Assembly (NCBI GenBank): GCA_963724295.1 | Contig: CAVRUC010000005.1 | Span: forward strand, 64,001-128,000 | Source of the DNA: an uncultured Chloroflexia bacterium | Lineage (GTDB): Bacteria; Chloroflexota; Chloroflexia; Thermomicrobiales; UBA6265 | Direction: 5' to 3' | Length of the DNA stretch: 64,000 nucleotides | Part shown: piece after piece, positions 10,698-20,715 of the stretch | Layout: each line of letters begins with the position of its first letter | How positions within the stretch are numbered: position 1 is the first letter of the stretch | Position numbers and translations under genes: made by a program | Notes under the pieces: model-generated | Told to the model about the DNA's origin: nothing | The model's database searches: none | What the model saw: the letters and a program-made list of their open reading frames with translations, nothing else

Positions 10698-10721
10698 ACC
10701 ACTACGGACTGGAGACTAAAC

Positions 10722-11246
10722 ATGTTCGACGAAGTCAAGGGGTTCCAGGTCACCTTCAAGCGGCTGTTCAAGCCCAACGTGACTATCGGCTACCCCGAAG
10801 AAAAACGGCACATGGCGCCGCGCTATCGCGGCTTGCCGTCGCTGCGGGCCGACCCGGATACGGGCGAGGCGCTCTGTGTGGCCTGCGGTCTCTGCGCCCG
10901 CATCTGCCCAACGTCCTGCCTCGAGATGCACATGGTGCCGTCTGAGGAGGGTGACCGGGAGTTGGGTGAGTTCATCCTCCGCTCCGGCCGCTGCCTGTTT
11001 TGCGGCCTCTGCTCGCAGGTCTGCCCGGTTGATGCCATCACTATGAGTCATGAGTACGAGCTTTCCGTCATGGACCGCGATGGTCTCATCTACACCAAGA
11101 CCGAGCTCGCGGCAATCGGCGCCCAGCTTCCCAACTGGTGGGAGGATGGCACCGGAGAGTTTGCCGGCGCCCCGGATGCCTGGGCGGGCACCCGCGACGG
11201 CAAAGCGCTGCTCGGGAAGGGTGTGGACTCCACGTCTCGCCGCTAG
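10722..11246 (+). CDS. nuoI: NADH-quinone oxidoreductase subunit I
   Basis: VTIGYPEEK..PRYRG, CVACGLCARICP, CLFCGLCSQVCPVDAI. Confidence 0.93.
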   Translation: MFDEVKGFQVTFKRLFKPNVTIGYPEEKRHMAPRYRGLPSLRADPDTGEALCVACGLCARICPTSCLEMHMVPSEEGDRELGEFILRSGRCLFCGLCSQVCPVDAITMSHEYELSVMDRDGLIYTKTELAAIGAQLPNWWEDGTGEFAGAPDAWAGTRDGKALLGKGVDSTSRR

Positions 11247-11345
11247 CGGTCGACCAAAACTCGCAAACGACGAGGCTTGGCAACAGGCCCCGTGTCGTAT
11301 CATGCTGTCAGAATCTCGCATCCTCTCTCAGCGAAAGGCACCCAC

Positions 11346-12833
11346 ATGGCAACGACCGTTCAGCAGACCAAGCCCGACACGACGAGCGCCAGGAGCTATC
11401 CGATCTACGTTTCCGGCGAGTGGCAAACGTCGCAGGAGCCGCTTGCCGTCCGTAACCCCTTCTCAGGTGATGTCATCGGCGTCACCTATCAGGCCAGCCG
11501 GGAGCAGCTCGAGCAAGCCATTGTCGGCGCCGAGCGGGCTTTCGAGATCACGCGCAAGTCGCCGACCTACGAGCGAGTCGCACAGCTCAAGGCGATGGCC
11601 GCCGGCCTCAAGGAGCGTCGTGACGAAGTCGCGGGGATGATCGCCGCCGAAGCCGGCAAGCCGATTCGGGATGCGGAGATCGAAACCGATCGCGGCGTCT
11701 TTACCCTCGAAACCGCCGCCGAGGAAGCAAAGCGGATGGAAGGCGAGGTCATCCCGCTCGATCTGCTGCCCTCATCGAAGGGCCGGGCCGGCATCGTACG
11801 GCGTTTTCCCATTGGTCCCGTCGCCGGCATATCGCCGTTCAATTTCCCCCTCAACCTGGCACTCCACAAGATCGCGCCGGCGATTGCGTCAGGCAACACG
11901 ATCGTGCTCAAGCCGCCTTCCCGCGATCCGCTGACCATGCTGCTCTTCGCCGAGATCGTCGAGGCGTCCGGGGTGCCCAAAGGGGCGGTCAGCATCATGC
12001 CGATGGATCGCGAAGTCGGTGACGCCCTGGTGGAGGATCCTCGCTTCAAGCTCCTCTCCTTCACCGGGTCTCCGGACGTCGGTTGGGAGATGAAGCGCCG
12101 CGCCGGGATGAAGAAAGTCGTCCTCGAGCTTGGTGGTAATGCCGGAGTGATCGTCGATAAGGACGCCGATCTCGATTTCGCCGTGAACCGGATCCGCGTT
12201 GGCGCCTTTGCCTACTCCGGTCAGGTCTGTATTTCGGTGCAACGCGTTTACGTCGTCGAAGAGGTTTACGAGCTGTTCCGGGAGAAGCTGGTCGACGCGG
12301 TCAAGGGAATTCAGCTTGGAGACCCACTGGACCGCACCACCGATCTCGGTCCGATGATCGACGAGAAGGCGGTGACGCGAACGCAAACCTGGATCGACGA
12401 CGCGACGGCCGAGGGCGCGCGGGTTCTCACCGGCGGCTCGGCGGACCGGGGATTCTTCCAGCCAACCGTTATCGAGAACGCCGATCCATCCAGCTTCGTC
12501 TGCTCGAAGGAAGCGTTCGCTCCGCTGGTGACGATCGCCCCCGTGAAGTCGTTTGGTGAGGCTATCAGCAAGCTCAACGACTCCGAGTATGGCCTCCAGG
12601 CTGGAGTGTTCACGAACTCGCTGGAAAAAGCCCTCGCCGCCTTCGAGAACATCGAAGTCGGTGGCGTCGTAATCAACGACGTGCCGACGTACCGCATCGA
12701 CCACATGCCGTACGGTGGCGTAAAGGCTTCCGGGCTCGGCCGCGAAGGGCTGAAATACGCCATCGAAGACATGACCGAGCTGCGGCTGATGGTCCTCAAT
12801 CGCCTCGAAAGTGAAGCGGTCACGCTCGACTAG
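11346..12833 (+). CDS. Aldehyde dehydrogenase family protein
   Basis: SPFNFP, FTGS, LELGGN (Glu), GQVCIS (Cys), MPYGGVKASG; AAAGG RBS before ATG 11346. Confidence 0.95.
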   Translation: MATTVQQTKPDTTSARSYPIYVSGEWQTSQEPLAVRNPFSGDVIGVTYQASREQLEQAIVGAERAFEITRKSPTYERVAQLKAMAAGLKERRDEVAGMIAAEAGKPIRDAEIETDRGVFTLETAAEEAKRMEGEVIPLDLLPSSKGRAGIVRRFPIGPVAGISPFNFPLNLALHKIAPAIASGNTIVLKPPSRDPLTMLLFAEIVEASGVPKGAVSIMPMDREVGDALVEDPRFKLLSFTGSPDVGWEMKRRAGMKKVVLELGGNAGVIVDKDADLDFAVNRIRVGAFAYSGQVCISVQRVYVVEEVYELFREKLVDAVKGIQLGDPLDRTTDLGPMIDEKAVTRTQTWIDDATAEGARVLTGGSADRGFFQPTVIENADPSSFVCSKEAFAPLVTIAPVKSFGEAISKLNDSEYGLQAGVFTNSLEKALAAFENIEVGGVVINDVPTYRIDHMPYGGVKASGLGREGLKYAIEDMTELRLMVLNRLESEAVTLD

Positions 12834-12857
12834 GCAAAACCGACAAGTCGATCCTGA

Positions 12858-12894
12858 GGAACGGCCGCCAGGCATCGCCCCAGGCGGCCGTTCC
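12858..12894 (+). terminator. 12-bp stem hairpin after the aldehyde dehydrogenase gene (terminator or attenuator candidate)
   Basis: GGAACGGCCGCC...GGCGGCCGTTCC; no U-tract. Confidence 0.45.
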
Positions 12895-12913
12895 ATGCCA
12901 GGAGGCATCTTCG

Positions 12914-14914
12914 GTGAAAACCATCGCCATCCACGATCTCGGTGATCGTCTGATCGCCGATCTGCGCGCCGACTACCCAAGCGGCGCCACGTTGGGTAGC
13001 GCCAGCGCGCAGCCGCTTCGTGATCGCCTCGCCCGATTCGGCGCGGAAGCGGGTCGCTCCGGAGTCAGGCTCGAGGAGGCGATGTCGGCCGCCATCGCCG
13101 CGCTGCAGGACTTCTTCGACCGAACAGGCGGCCAGGGTGGCGACCCAGCGACCGCGCTCGCGGCCGGAACGGCGCTCGCGGCATTAGCTGCCTCATTCCA
13201 TGAAGCGGAGAAATCCGTCAGCGGCGCCGAATCGCACGTCGGCGACGCCCCGCTGCCGTGGCTCGCCGCGCTCCACCGGATCAATCGCTCCGCAACCGCC
13301 GACCTCAACCTCTCGGACCGGTTGAAGACGGCCGTCCGGGTCCTGGCCGACACCACCGGCGCCGACGCCTGCAGCATCATGCTCTATGACGAGACCACCC
13401 ACACGCTGGCCCTGCGCGCCGCCGTTGGTCTCAACCCGGCAGCGGTTGGCGTGCTGACTCTCCATCCCGGAATGACGATCACCGGTTGTGCGGCCGCCGA
13501 GCAGCGGGTTATCGCGGCACCGGATGCCCGCCGCCACCCGTCGTATGCCCCAATTCCGGCCACCGGCGAAGATGTCTACGCATCCCAGATCTCGGTGCCC
13601 ATGGTACTCCGCCGCGGCGCAGAACCTGAAGTCCTGGTCGGTGTCATCAACCTCTTCACCCTGCAACGCCGCGAATTCTCAGAGGACGAAATTGCCTTCC
13701 TGCAAACGGTCGCCGGCGAGCTCGCCATTGGCATCGAGAACGCTCGCCTCTACAGCCGGACAGACGCGCGACTGCAGCGCAAGATCACTGAACTGGGCAC
13801 CATGCAGCGCGTCTCGCACACCATCGCCTCCACGCTCGACCTCGACGACGTGCTACGGCTGATCGCGGAGCAGGCGGTCGCGCTCTTCAACGTCGAAGCT
13901 GCCGCCATCATCCGATTCCCGGGACGATCGGGAGATCCGGCCGAGCCGCCAACCGTCGGCTATCGCGCCGGGCAGGCAAAAGACATCGTCGACGAACGAG
14001 GTCGGGACGAGGTTATCCGGGAGGTCATGAGGACGGGGGCGGCCCGCGCCGTCGATATGGATTATGTCGACGGATCAGGCCGGCTCTACTGCCTACCGCT
14101 GCGGTCTGCTCGCGAGCCGTTCGGCGCACTCTGCCTGCGCATGGCTCCTGACGCCGAGCTCCCCGAAGATGAGCTCGGTCTCTTGCAAGCGTTTTCGGAT
14201 GCGGCAACCGTCGCCATCGAAAACGCGACCCTCTATCAGGACGCCCGGCGCGGACTCGAAGTTGCATCAGCATTGCTCCAGGAAATGCACCACCGTGTGC
14301 GGAACAACCTGCAGACCGTCGCGGCACTGCTCTCGATTCAGCTTCGTCACAATGAAGGTGCGCCGTGGGCATCGCACCTGCGTGAGGCGATCAGCCGCGT
14401 CCAGGCCATCGCGGCCGTTCACGACCTGCTCAGCGACGAGCGAAGACTCGGTGGGACGACCGTCGACGTGATCGCCCGTCACGCCGCTGACGAGGCTTAT
14501 GGAACACTGACACCCCCCGGACTCACCGTCACGTTCGATGTCCCGGCGAGTGACGTCCGGGTGCCTTCGAAGCAGGCCACGATTCTTGCCCTGCTCATCA
14601 ACGAGCTCGTCGCCAACGCGGTGAAACACGGCTTCTCGGGAAGGGACCGCGGCACGATCGCGATCCGCGCTCACCAGGACCAGGGTGACGCTGTTATCGA
14701 AATCTGGAACGACGGCGAGGCAATTCCTGAGGACTTCGATCCGTCAGACGGTCATGGTCTGGGCATGCGGATCATCCAGCGTCTGGTCTCCGCCGATCTC
14801 CACGGCTCATTTCATATCGGTCCCAGCGACGGCGGATCAATCGCGATCCTCCGCTTCCCGATCGCTCAGGACGAAACCGCCGCCCTGACCATCGGGCCAG
14901 GTGCCGCGGGATAA
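12914..14914 (+). CDS. Cytoplasmic sensor histidine kinase, two GAF domains + HisKA_2/HATPase (PdtaS-like)
   Basis: H-box EMHHRVRNNLQ, N-box NELVANAVKHG, GHGLGM; GAF ends LAIGIENARLY and VAIENATLY; no TM; GGAGG RBS. Confidence 0.92.
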   Translation: MKTIAIHDLGDRLIADLRADYPSGATLGSASAQPLRDRLARFGAEAGRSGVRLEEAMSAAIAALQDFFDRTGGQGGDPATALAAGTALAALAASFHEAEKSVSGAESHVGDAPLPWLAALHRINRSATADLNLSDRLKTAVRVLADTTGADACSIMLYDETTHTLALRAAVGLNPAAVGVLTLHPGMTITGCAAAEQRVIAAPDARRHPSYAPIPATGEDVYASQISVPMVLRRGAEPEVLVGVINLFTLQRREFSEDEIAFLQTVAGELAIGIENARLYSRTDARLQRKITELGTMQRVSHTIASTLDLDDVLRLIAEQAVALFNVEAAAIIRFPGRSGDPAEPPTVGYRAGQAKDIVDERGRDEVIREVMRTGAARAVDMDYVDGSGRLYCLPLRSAREPFGALCLRMAPDAELPEDELGLLQAFSDAATVAIENATLYQDARRGLEVASALLQEMHHRVRNNLQTVAALLSIQLRHNEGAPWASHLREAISRVQAIAAVHDLLSDERRLGGTTVDVIARHAADEAYGTLTPPGLTVTFDVPASDVRVPSKQATILALLINELVANAVKHGFSGRDRGTIAIRAHQDQGDAVIEIWNDGEAIPEDFDPSDGHGLGMRIIQRLVSADLHGSFHIGPSDGGSIAILRFPIAQDETAALTIGPGAAG

Positions 14915-14952
14915 GACCTTCCCTTTCGTCCTGCGATCAGAATTCCCTCTGC

Positions 14953-17016
14953 CTAATGGGCCTGCTCCGCCAGGGTCGTGCGGGTAGTCGAGGGCGCGAA
15001 TTGCTGCCGATAAAGCTTCGCGTACAAACCTCCGCGGTGCAGGAGCTCCGCATGCGTTCCGCGTTCGACGATGCGGCCCCGGTCTACGACCAGGATGACA
15101 TCCGCCGCGAGGATCGTGCTCAGCCGGTGCGCGATTGCGAGCGTGGTCCGATTGCGCATCAGTGGATCGAGCGCTGCCTGAATCAACCGTTCCGATCTCG
15201 TGTCCAGCGCGCTCGTCGCTTCGTCAAGGATCAAGATACGCGGATCCTTGAGAATGACGCGAGCGATGGCGACACGCTGCTTTTCTCCGCCAGACAGCTT
15301 GAAGCCGCGTTCGCCGACCACGGTCTCATATCTCTCTGGCAGCTCCATGACGCGGTCGTGAATCGCCGCCGCGCGCGCGGCCGCTTCGATCTCGTCCTGC
15401 GTCGCATCCAATCGCCCATACGCGATGTTTTCGCGGATCGTCGAATGGAATAGATACGTCTCCTGTGTGACGAGCCCGATCACGCTACCCAGACTCGCCA
15501 GCGTGATGTCTCGAACGTCAATGCCGTCGATCGACACTGCTCCGGAATCGACGTCGTAGATGCGCGGTACCAGCAAGGCAATCGTCGTCTTCCCTGACCC
15601 GCTCGGACCCACCAGTGCCGCGAGCTGCCCGGGTTCGATGTCGAAATCGATGTCGATCAGTTCAAACGGTTCTCGCCGCTGGGGCTCAGATACCACTTCC
15701 GGAACGACCACCTCGACATCGTCAGCCGCGCCGTCGCGCGCAAACGGAGCCGTGGGCGTTGGTAGGAGCGACTCAGCGCCAGGCGAGATCATGTCGAAAT
15801 CAGGATCGGCGCGAGGACGACGGCTTTCGCTCTTCAGATCAACAGCATCCTCTACCCGGCCCCCGCCACGCCCCGGCGTCGCGCCCGGATAACGGAAAGA
15901 GACATTGCGGAAGGAGACATGTCCTCGCACCTGCTTGGGATCGAGCGTGACCGCACTCTGGCGATCCGCGATTTCGACCGGTAGATCGAGGTACTCGAAT
16001 ATGCGATCGAACAGTGCGAACGCCACCTGAATCTCGACCTGGACATTGAGCATCTGACCCAGCGGGAAGAACAGCCGGCTCTGCAACGTCGTGAACGCCA
16101 CGATATCGCCGATCGTCAGAGACGCGTCTCCGCCGATGATCTGCACCCCGGCGTACCAGTACACGAACGCGGGCGTTATGGAGAAAAACGTCCCGATGAT
16201 CATGAAGAACCAGCGCCCTATCATCTGCTGCTTGATCTGGAGCGCGGTCAGCCGCTGATTGATCGCCTGGAAATCTGCGATCGCCCGGCTTTGGCGGCCA
16301 AACGCCTTGGTCAGCAGCATCCCGCTGACGGAGAGCGTCTCCTCGACCTGCGACGTCATGTCGGCGATGGTTTCCTGCGTTTCAGTCTTGACGTCCCGCC
16401 GCACCTCGCCGACCCTGTAGGTTATGAAAAGGAAAATCGGCAGCAGACCCAGCGAGATAAGCGTCATCTGCCAGGAGATCAACCACATGGCAATGATCGT
16501 GGAGATGGCGGTCGCCAGATTACTGACGATTGATGTCGCGGTATCCGTCACCACCTGCTGCACGCCACTGACATCGGAGTTCAGCCGGGCCTGAATCTCC
16601 CCGGTGCGCGTCGAGGTGAAGAAGCGCAACGGCATCCGTTGCAAGTGGCCATAGAGTGCGTCCCGCAAGTCCTGCATGACGCTCTGGCCGATGACCGTGT
16701 TGAGGTAGGTCTGCCCCACCCCGATGAGTCCCGTGACAATCGGCAGCGCGATCATCAGCCCGACATAGAGGTAGAGCCGGTTCAGATCCTGATTCGGAAT
16801 CGCGTCGTCGATGATTTGCTTGAGCAGGAAGGGATTGGCCAGGCCAATGAGGGCGACGGCTATGATGGCCACCACAGTCAGGGATACACGCAGCAAATAC
16901 GGCCGGAAGAATTGCAGAATGCGCCGTACGGTTTTGGTTGAGACGGGGCGCCGCTCCGACTCGGGCAGCGGAGCTGTCCGCATCAACCGACCGCCGCCGC
17001 CACCGACTCCGTGCAT
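14953..17016 (-). CDS. ABC exporter, fused permease/ATP-binding (MsbA-like)
   Basis: TM domain, Walker A GPSGSGKT, LSGGEKQR, ILILDEATS, IAHRLST; start may be ATG 16983. Confidence 0.95.
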   Translation of the reverse strand: MHGVGGGGGRLMRTAPLPESERRPVSTKTVRRILQFFRPYLLRVSLTVVAIIAVALIGLANPFLLKQIIDDAIPNQDLNRLYLYVGLMIALPIVTGLIGVGQTYLNTVIGQSVMQDLRDALYGHLQRMPLRFFTSTRTGEIQARLNSDVSGVQQVVTDTATSIVSNLATAISTIIAMWLISWQMTLISLGLLPIFLFITYRVGEVRRDVKTETQETIADMTSQVEETLSVSGMLLTKAFGRQSRAIADFQAINQRLTALQIKQQMIGRWFFMIIGTFFSITPAFVYWYAGVQIIGGDASLTIGDIVAFTTLQSRLFFPLGQMLNVQVEIQVAFALFDRIFEYLDLPVEIADRQSAVTLDPKQVRGHVSFRNVSFRYPGATPGRGGGRVEDAVDLKSESRRPRADPDFDMISPGAESLLPTPTAPFARDGAADDVEVVVPEVVSEPQRREPFELIDIDFDIEPGQLAALVGPSGSGKTTIALLVPRIYDVDSGAVSIDGIDVRDITLASLGSVIGLVTQETYLFHSTIRENIAYGRLDATQDEIEAAARAAAIHDRVMELPERYETVVGERGFKLSGGEKQRVAIARVILKDPRILILDEATSALDTRSERLIQAALDPLMRNRTTLAIAHRLSTILAADVILVVDRGRIVERGTHAELLHRGGLYAKLYRQQFAPSTTRTTLAEQAH

Positions 17017-17088
17017 TGAACCCTTTCATTCTTCTATTTCTGGCTGCGGAACGAGCGGAGACGCGCCGGTCGCCCCGACCACTTCTGC

Positions 17089-17661
17089 TCAGGCGTTCCC
17101 GCGCTCAACCGCGATGACCGCGTCGCGACCGACGCGGTCGAGCCAGGTCAGAGCAGCCCGGGTCTGCGCCAGCCGCATATCCAGCACCATGTCGCCAAAG
17201 CTTGCTGAATCGGGGTCCTGCTTCTCCTCGACGTGCCCCTCACGCAGTCGGTTGGAAAACGATTCAACAAGCCTGGCGCATTGCTGCCGTTGCTCGTCCA
17301 CGAGGCGCACCGCGAGCGCTGGATCGAGCTGGAGGGCGAGATAGAGCTTGACCAGAAAATCAAGCCGAATCTCTCGGGTATGAGCGACAGGCTCAGCCAG
17401 CCATCGCCGGAGCTCGGTTCGTCCCGACGAAGACAGTGCGAAGAGCCGCCGCGCCGACCTCCCCATACCTGATTCAGGGACCACTGTGACCCAGCCAAGA
17501 CGTTCCAATTTTTTCAGATGGTGATAGACCATCCCTGGTTCCAATCGAACGACATTTCCAAGTGGAGCCTCGGGGCTGAATTGGCGAGCCAGATCGTAGC
17601 CGTGCCCAATGCCCGAATCGCTCAACGCCAGGAGTCCCAGGATCGCGTGCTCAGCGGCCAT
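17089..17661 (-). CDS. PadR family transcriptional regulator
   Basis: AILGLL...HGYDL...VYHHLKKLERLGWV...GRTELRRWL plus C-terminal helical dimerisation domain. Confidence 0.9.
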   Translation of the reverse strand: MAAEHAILGLLALSDSGIGHGYDLARQFSPEAPLGNVVRLEPGMVYHHLKKLERLGWVTVVPESGMGRSARRLFALSSSGRTELRRWLAEPVAHTREIRLDFLVKLYLALQLDPALAVRLVDEQRQQCARLVESFSNRLREGHVEEKQDPDSASFGDMVLDMRLAQTRAALTWLDRVGRDAVIAVERGNA

Positions 17662-17936
17662 TCCCGGAACGACTGAGTCGCCGGAATCGTCATCTCGGGC
17701 AGGTGGTGGCGCGATCATGGCGGCACGAGCCCCGGCGGAATCGGACGCGATCCAAGGAGCGCGACGCTTGGGACGATAGACACCATTCACGCTCCTTCAC
17801 TCGGGCTCTGCTCCGAGCGACTCTCGCGGGTGAAGAATAACGTAGCCATACTGAATGCCGCGTTTTCAGAACACCACGCTCGGCCGAGCGCCGCGACATA
17901 CCCAACCGGGTAGACTCGTGAATCACGGGCCCGCAT

Positions 17937-19454
17937 ATGATTGAGATGCGTGGGTATGACGTGCCCTCTATCGCGAGCGGTAAAGCGTTGGACCGGCTAA
18001 CTCCACAGCAGCAAGAGATCACCCGAACCTTGGCCGGCGCCTTCGGAGCAGCCGGCGAGGGGCTGTATCTCGTCGGCGGGACCGTCCGCGACGTTCTGCT
18101 CGGGCGCGCGGTAGCCGCTGATCTCGACTTTGCAACATCGGCCGCACCTCCCCGCACGCGCGAACTGCTTGAATCCGCGGGGGCCGCGTCCGTCTATCTC
18201 GTTGGCGAACGGTTCGGGACGATCGGCGCCGTCTTCGGTAAAGATCCGGACCGGTTGCGGGTCGAGGTGACCACCTACCGGCGGGAAACGTATCCGGACG
18301 AACATCGCTTCCCGGAAGTGGTCTTCGACGCGACGCTGATTGATGATCTTGCCCGGCGAGACTTCACGATGAACGCAATCGCAATTGACGCCAGGTCAGG
18401 CGAGATGATCGACCCATGGGACGGTGAAGCGGACATCGCGCAGTCGTTAGTGCGCGCGGTCGGAGACCCCAACGAACGATTCGCCGAAGATCCTCTGCGG
18501 CTCCTGCGAGCCGCTCGTTTCGTCTCGCAACTAGGCTTCAGACTCGACTGGCGGACTGAACAAGCGATGGCTCAGCAGGCCCTGAGCCTGGCACGAATCA
18601 GCCGGGAGCGAATCCTGGCGGAACTGACGTTGCTGTTGCTCGGCGAGTACGTCGATCACGGACTCGACGCGTTGCGACGGACAAAAATCCTGCACATTGC
18701 ACTCCCCGAGATCGAGCCGCTCGCGGCTGAGGCGGAGGCAAACCTCGCGCCACGGTTCGGTCGTGAGAAAGACCTCTGGGAGCATACGGTTCAGGTCGTA
18801 CGCCAGGCTCCAGCTCGCGCCCCTGTGCGCTGGGCGGCTCTCCTGCATGACGCCGGCAAACCGCTTACCCGGAGCGTCGGGCTCGATGGCGAGGTTCATT
18901 TTTTCGGGCATGAGCGCGTCGGGGCGGATCTCGCGGACCGAGCCCTGGGCCGGCTGAATGCGGACCGCACGCTACGCTCTTCAGTACGGACGCTGGTTGC
19001 GCTTCACGGCCGGCCGGCGGCCTACGACCCATCATGGACTGACAGCGCGGTCCGCCGCCTCGCCCTCGACACCGGGGAGGTCTGGGACGATCTCCTCGAT
19101 CTCGCGGCCGCTGATGTCACATCTGGTCGGGAACACAAGCGGATGGCCGCGTCGCGGCGCGTTGCCGATCTACGCGCGCGGTTCCTGCACCTTCAGGAGC
19201 AGATGGAGCTCGCCCGCCTCGAAAGCCCGCTCGATGGAAACGATTTGATGCGGATCTTCGATCGGCCGCCCGGCCCCTGGATCAAGGACGTCAAGAATCA
19301 CCTGAGAGAGCTCGTCATCGAAGGTGTGCTGTCGCCTGACGATCGGGACGGCGCCTCGCGGATCGCGCACGCGCTTCTCGCTCAGGAAGAGTCCTCGGCA
19401 GGGTCCGCCCCGTCGCTGGCTGAATCAGGTACGGTCGCTACTCGACGGCAATGA
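17937..19454 (+). CDS. cca: Class II tRNA nucleotidyltransferase (CCA-adding / poly(A) polymerase family) with HD domain
   Basis: LYLVGGTVRD, DLDFAT, RRDFTMNA, EDPLRLLRAARF, ISRERI, LLHDAGK. Confidence 0.9.
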   Translation: MIEMRGYDVPSIASGKALDRLTPQQQEITRTLAGAFGAAGEGLYLVGGTVRDVLLGRAVAADLDFATSAAPPRTRELLESAGAASVYLVGERFGTIGAVFGKDPDRLRVEVTTYRRETYPDEHRFPEVVFDATLIDDLARRDFTMNAIAIDARSGEMIDPWDGEADIAQSLVRAVGDPNERFAEDPLRLLRAARFVSQLGFRLDWRTEQAMAQQALSLARISRERILAELTLLLLGEYVDHGLDALRRTKILHIALPEIEPLAAEAEANLAPRFGREKDLWEHTVQVVRQAPARAPVRWAALLHDAGKPLTRSVGLDGEVHFFGHERVGADLADRALGRLNADRTLRSSVRTLVALHGRPAAYDPSWTDSAVRRLALDTGEVWDDLLDLAAADVTSGREHKRMAASRRVADLRARFLHLQEQMELARLESPLDGNDLMRIFDRPPGPWIKDVKNHLRELVIEGVLSPDDRDGASRIAHALLAQEESSAGSAPSLAESGTVATRRQ

Positions 19455-20601
19455 CCGGCGTCGCCACAGCGCCGGCCGTCGGCACTCCATCAACCAGGAA
19501 GACCGAGACGCCCGTTGCTTCGGGATCATCGAGCGCGGGCGCCAGGACGGCCACGCCCGACACGACGCCTGTGCCCTGCGTGCGCAGCGCGATTACCAGC
19601 GCCCCCGTGTCGGTCATGGTGCCACCAATCTCACCGCAGGCAACAACGCCGCCACCGGCATCGATGTCGTCCGAAACAGCGACGGCGTGTGGAGACTCGA
19701 CCAGGGTGGCAAAGGGAATGCCTGCTGTACCGAATCCCTGAGCCACTGAGTCCGTGCCGCCTGCCCCAACCACCGCGCCCTGCCCTGCCCGGACGATCCC
19801 TAGATCGGCAGCAACGATATCGAGTTCGGCGCAGGTTCCCGCGAAAATCTGGGCGGATCGCCCCACGGCGCGCGCAAGCTCGACTTGAACCGGTTCGACC
19901 AGAGCGGTCAACGAGCCGTCACTCACTTGTCCCACCAGAATCAGGTCCGTTGTCGTTCCCTCGGCAAAAGGTGTCTGAGGCAGTGTCAGTAGCGGCACGC
20001 CGGACGCGGTCTCGAGCAGATCGAGGTCGTACGTTCCGGCCTCGATCGATGCGTATTGCGAGGCGTCCCCGAACTCAAGAGGCTCGGACAGGGCATCGCC
20101 GGCGGTGAATATTGGAGTGATCTCATCAACGTCGGGCACGCCGCTGATGATCCGGAAGCGCGCCCTACCCTGATCCAGAGGACGAACATCGACCTCGAAG
20201 AGCCCCACGCTCGCGGAATCCTGCGTGCCAAGGAGGGCCGCATAGGCCAGCGTGTCGCTGCGGGTTGCGATCGTGCCAGAGGCGATCGCGGCTTCAGATG
20301 CCTCCCCCGTCGGGACTACGGCAAACGTATGCTCACCTCCCCGCAGGACAACGTTCCCGCTCGTCGACCCGAAGCCAATGCCAATCAGCACCAGCGACCC
20401 GTCAACGTAGATGTCGAGCGGACCGGCGTCAGCTATGCCGTGCACGATGCGAACACGTGCCCCCGCGGATCCGCCTTCAGCGTCCTGGATAGCCAGGCTG
20501 CTCGCTGGAATCGCCAGTGTCCCGAAAACCAGTATCAAGATCGCGCCCAGCGCCAGGAGGCAGTATCGAAAGTGACTCGCGACTCGTATCGCAGCCGGCA
20601 T
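19438..20601 (-). CDS. Secreted DUF4397 domain protein with an additional C-terminal Cys-containing domain
   Basis: Signal/TM; ARVRIVHGIADAGPLDIYVDG and a second repeat ARFRIISGVPD; C-terminal GTC...VACGEIGG. Confidence 0.8.
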   Translation of the reverse strand: MPAAIRVASHFRYCLLALGAILILVFGTLAIPASSLAIQDAEGGSAGARVRIVHGIADAGPLDIYVDGSLVLIGIGFGSTSGNVVLRGGEHTFAVVPTGEASEAAIASGTIATRSDTLAYAALLGTQDSASVGLFEVDVRPLDQGRARFRIISGVPDVDEITPIFTAGDALSEPLEFGDASQYASIEAGTYDLDLLETASGVPLLTLPQTPFAEGTTTDLILVGQVSDGSLTALVEPVQVELARAVGRSAQIFAGTCAELDIVAADLGIVRAGQGAVVGAGGTDSVAQGFGTAGIPFATLVESPHAVAVSDDIDAGGGVVACGEIGGTMTDTGALVIALRTQGTGVVSGVAVLAPALDDPEATGVSVFLVDGVPTAGAVATPVIAVE

Positions 20602-20715
20602 CGGCGCCTCCAGCGGAACCGGACAAAGGAAACCCGGCGATCCGGTCGCCGGGTTCCTTGACTTGGATCGTTTTCATCTCGCCGCGGAGCAATGGACCAG
20701 CGGCGCTCTTCGCGA

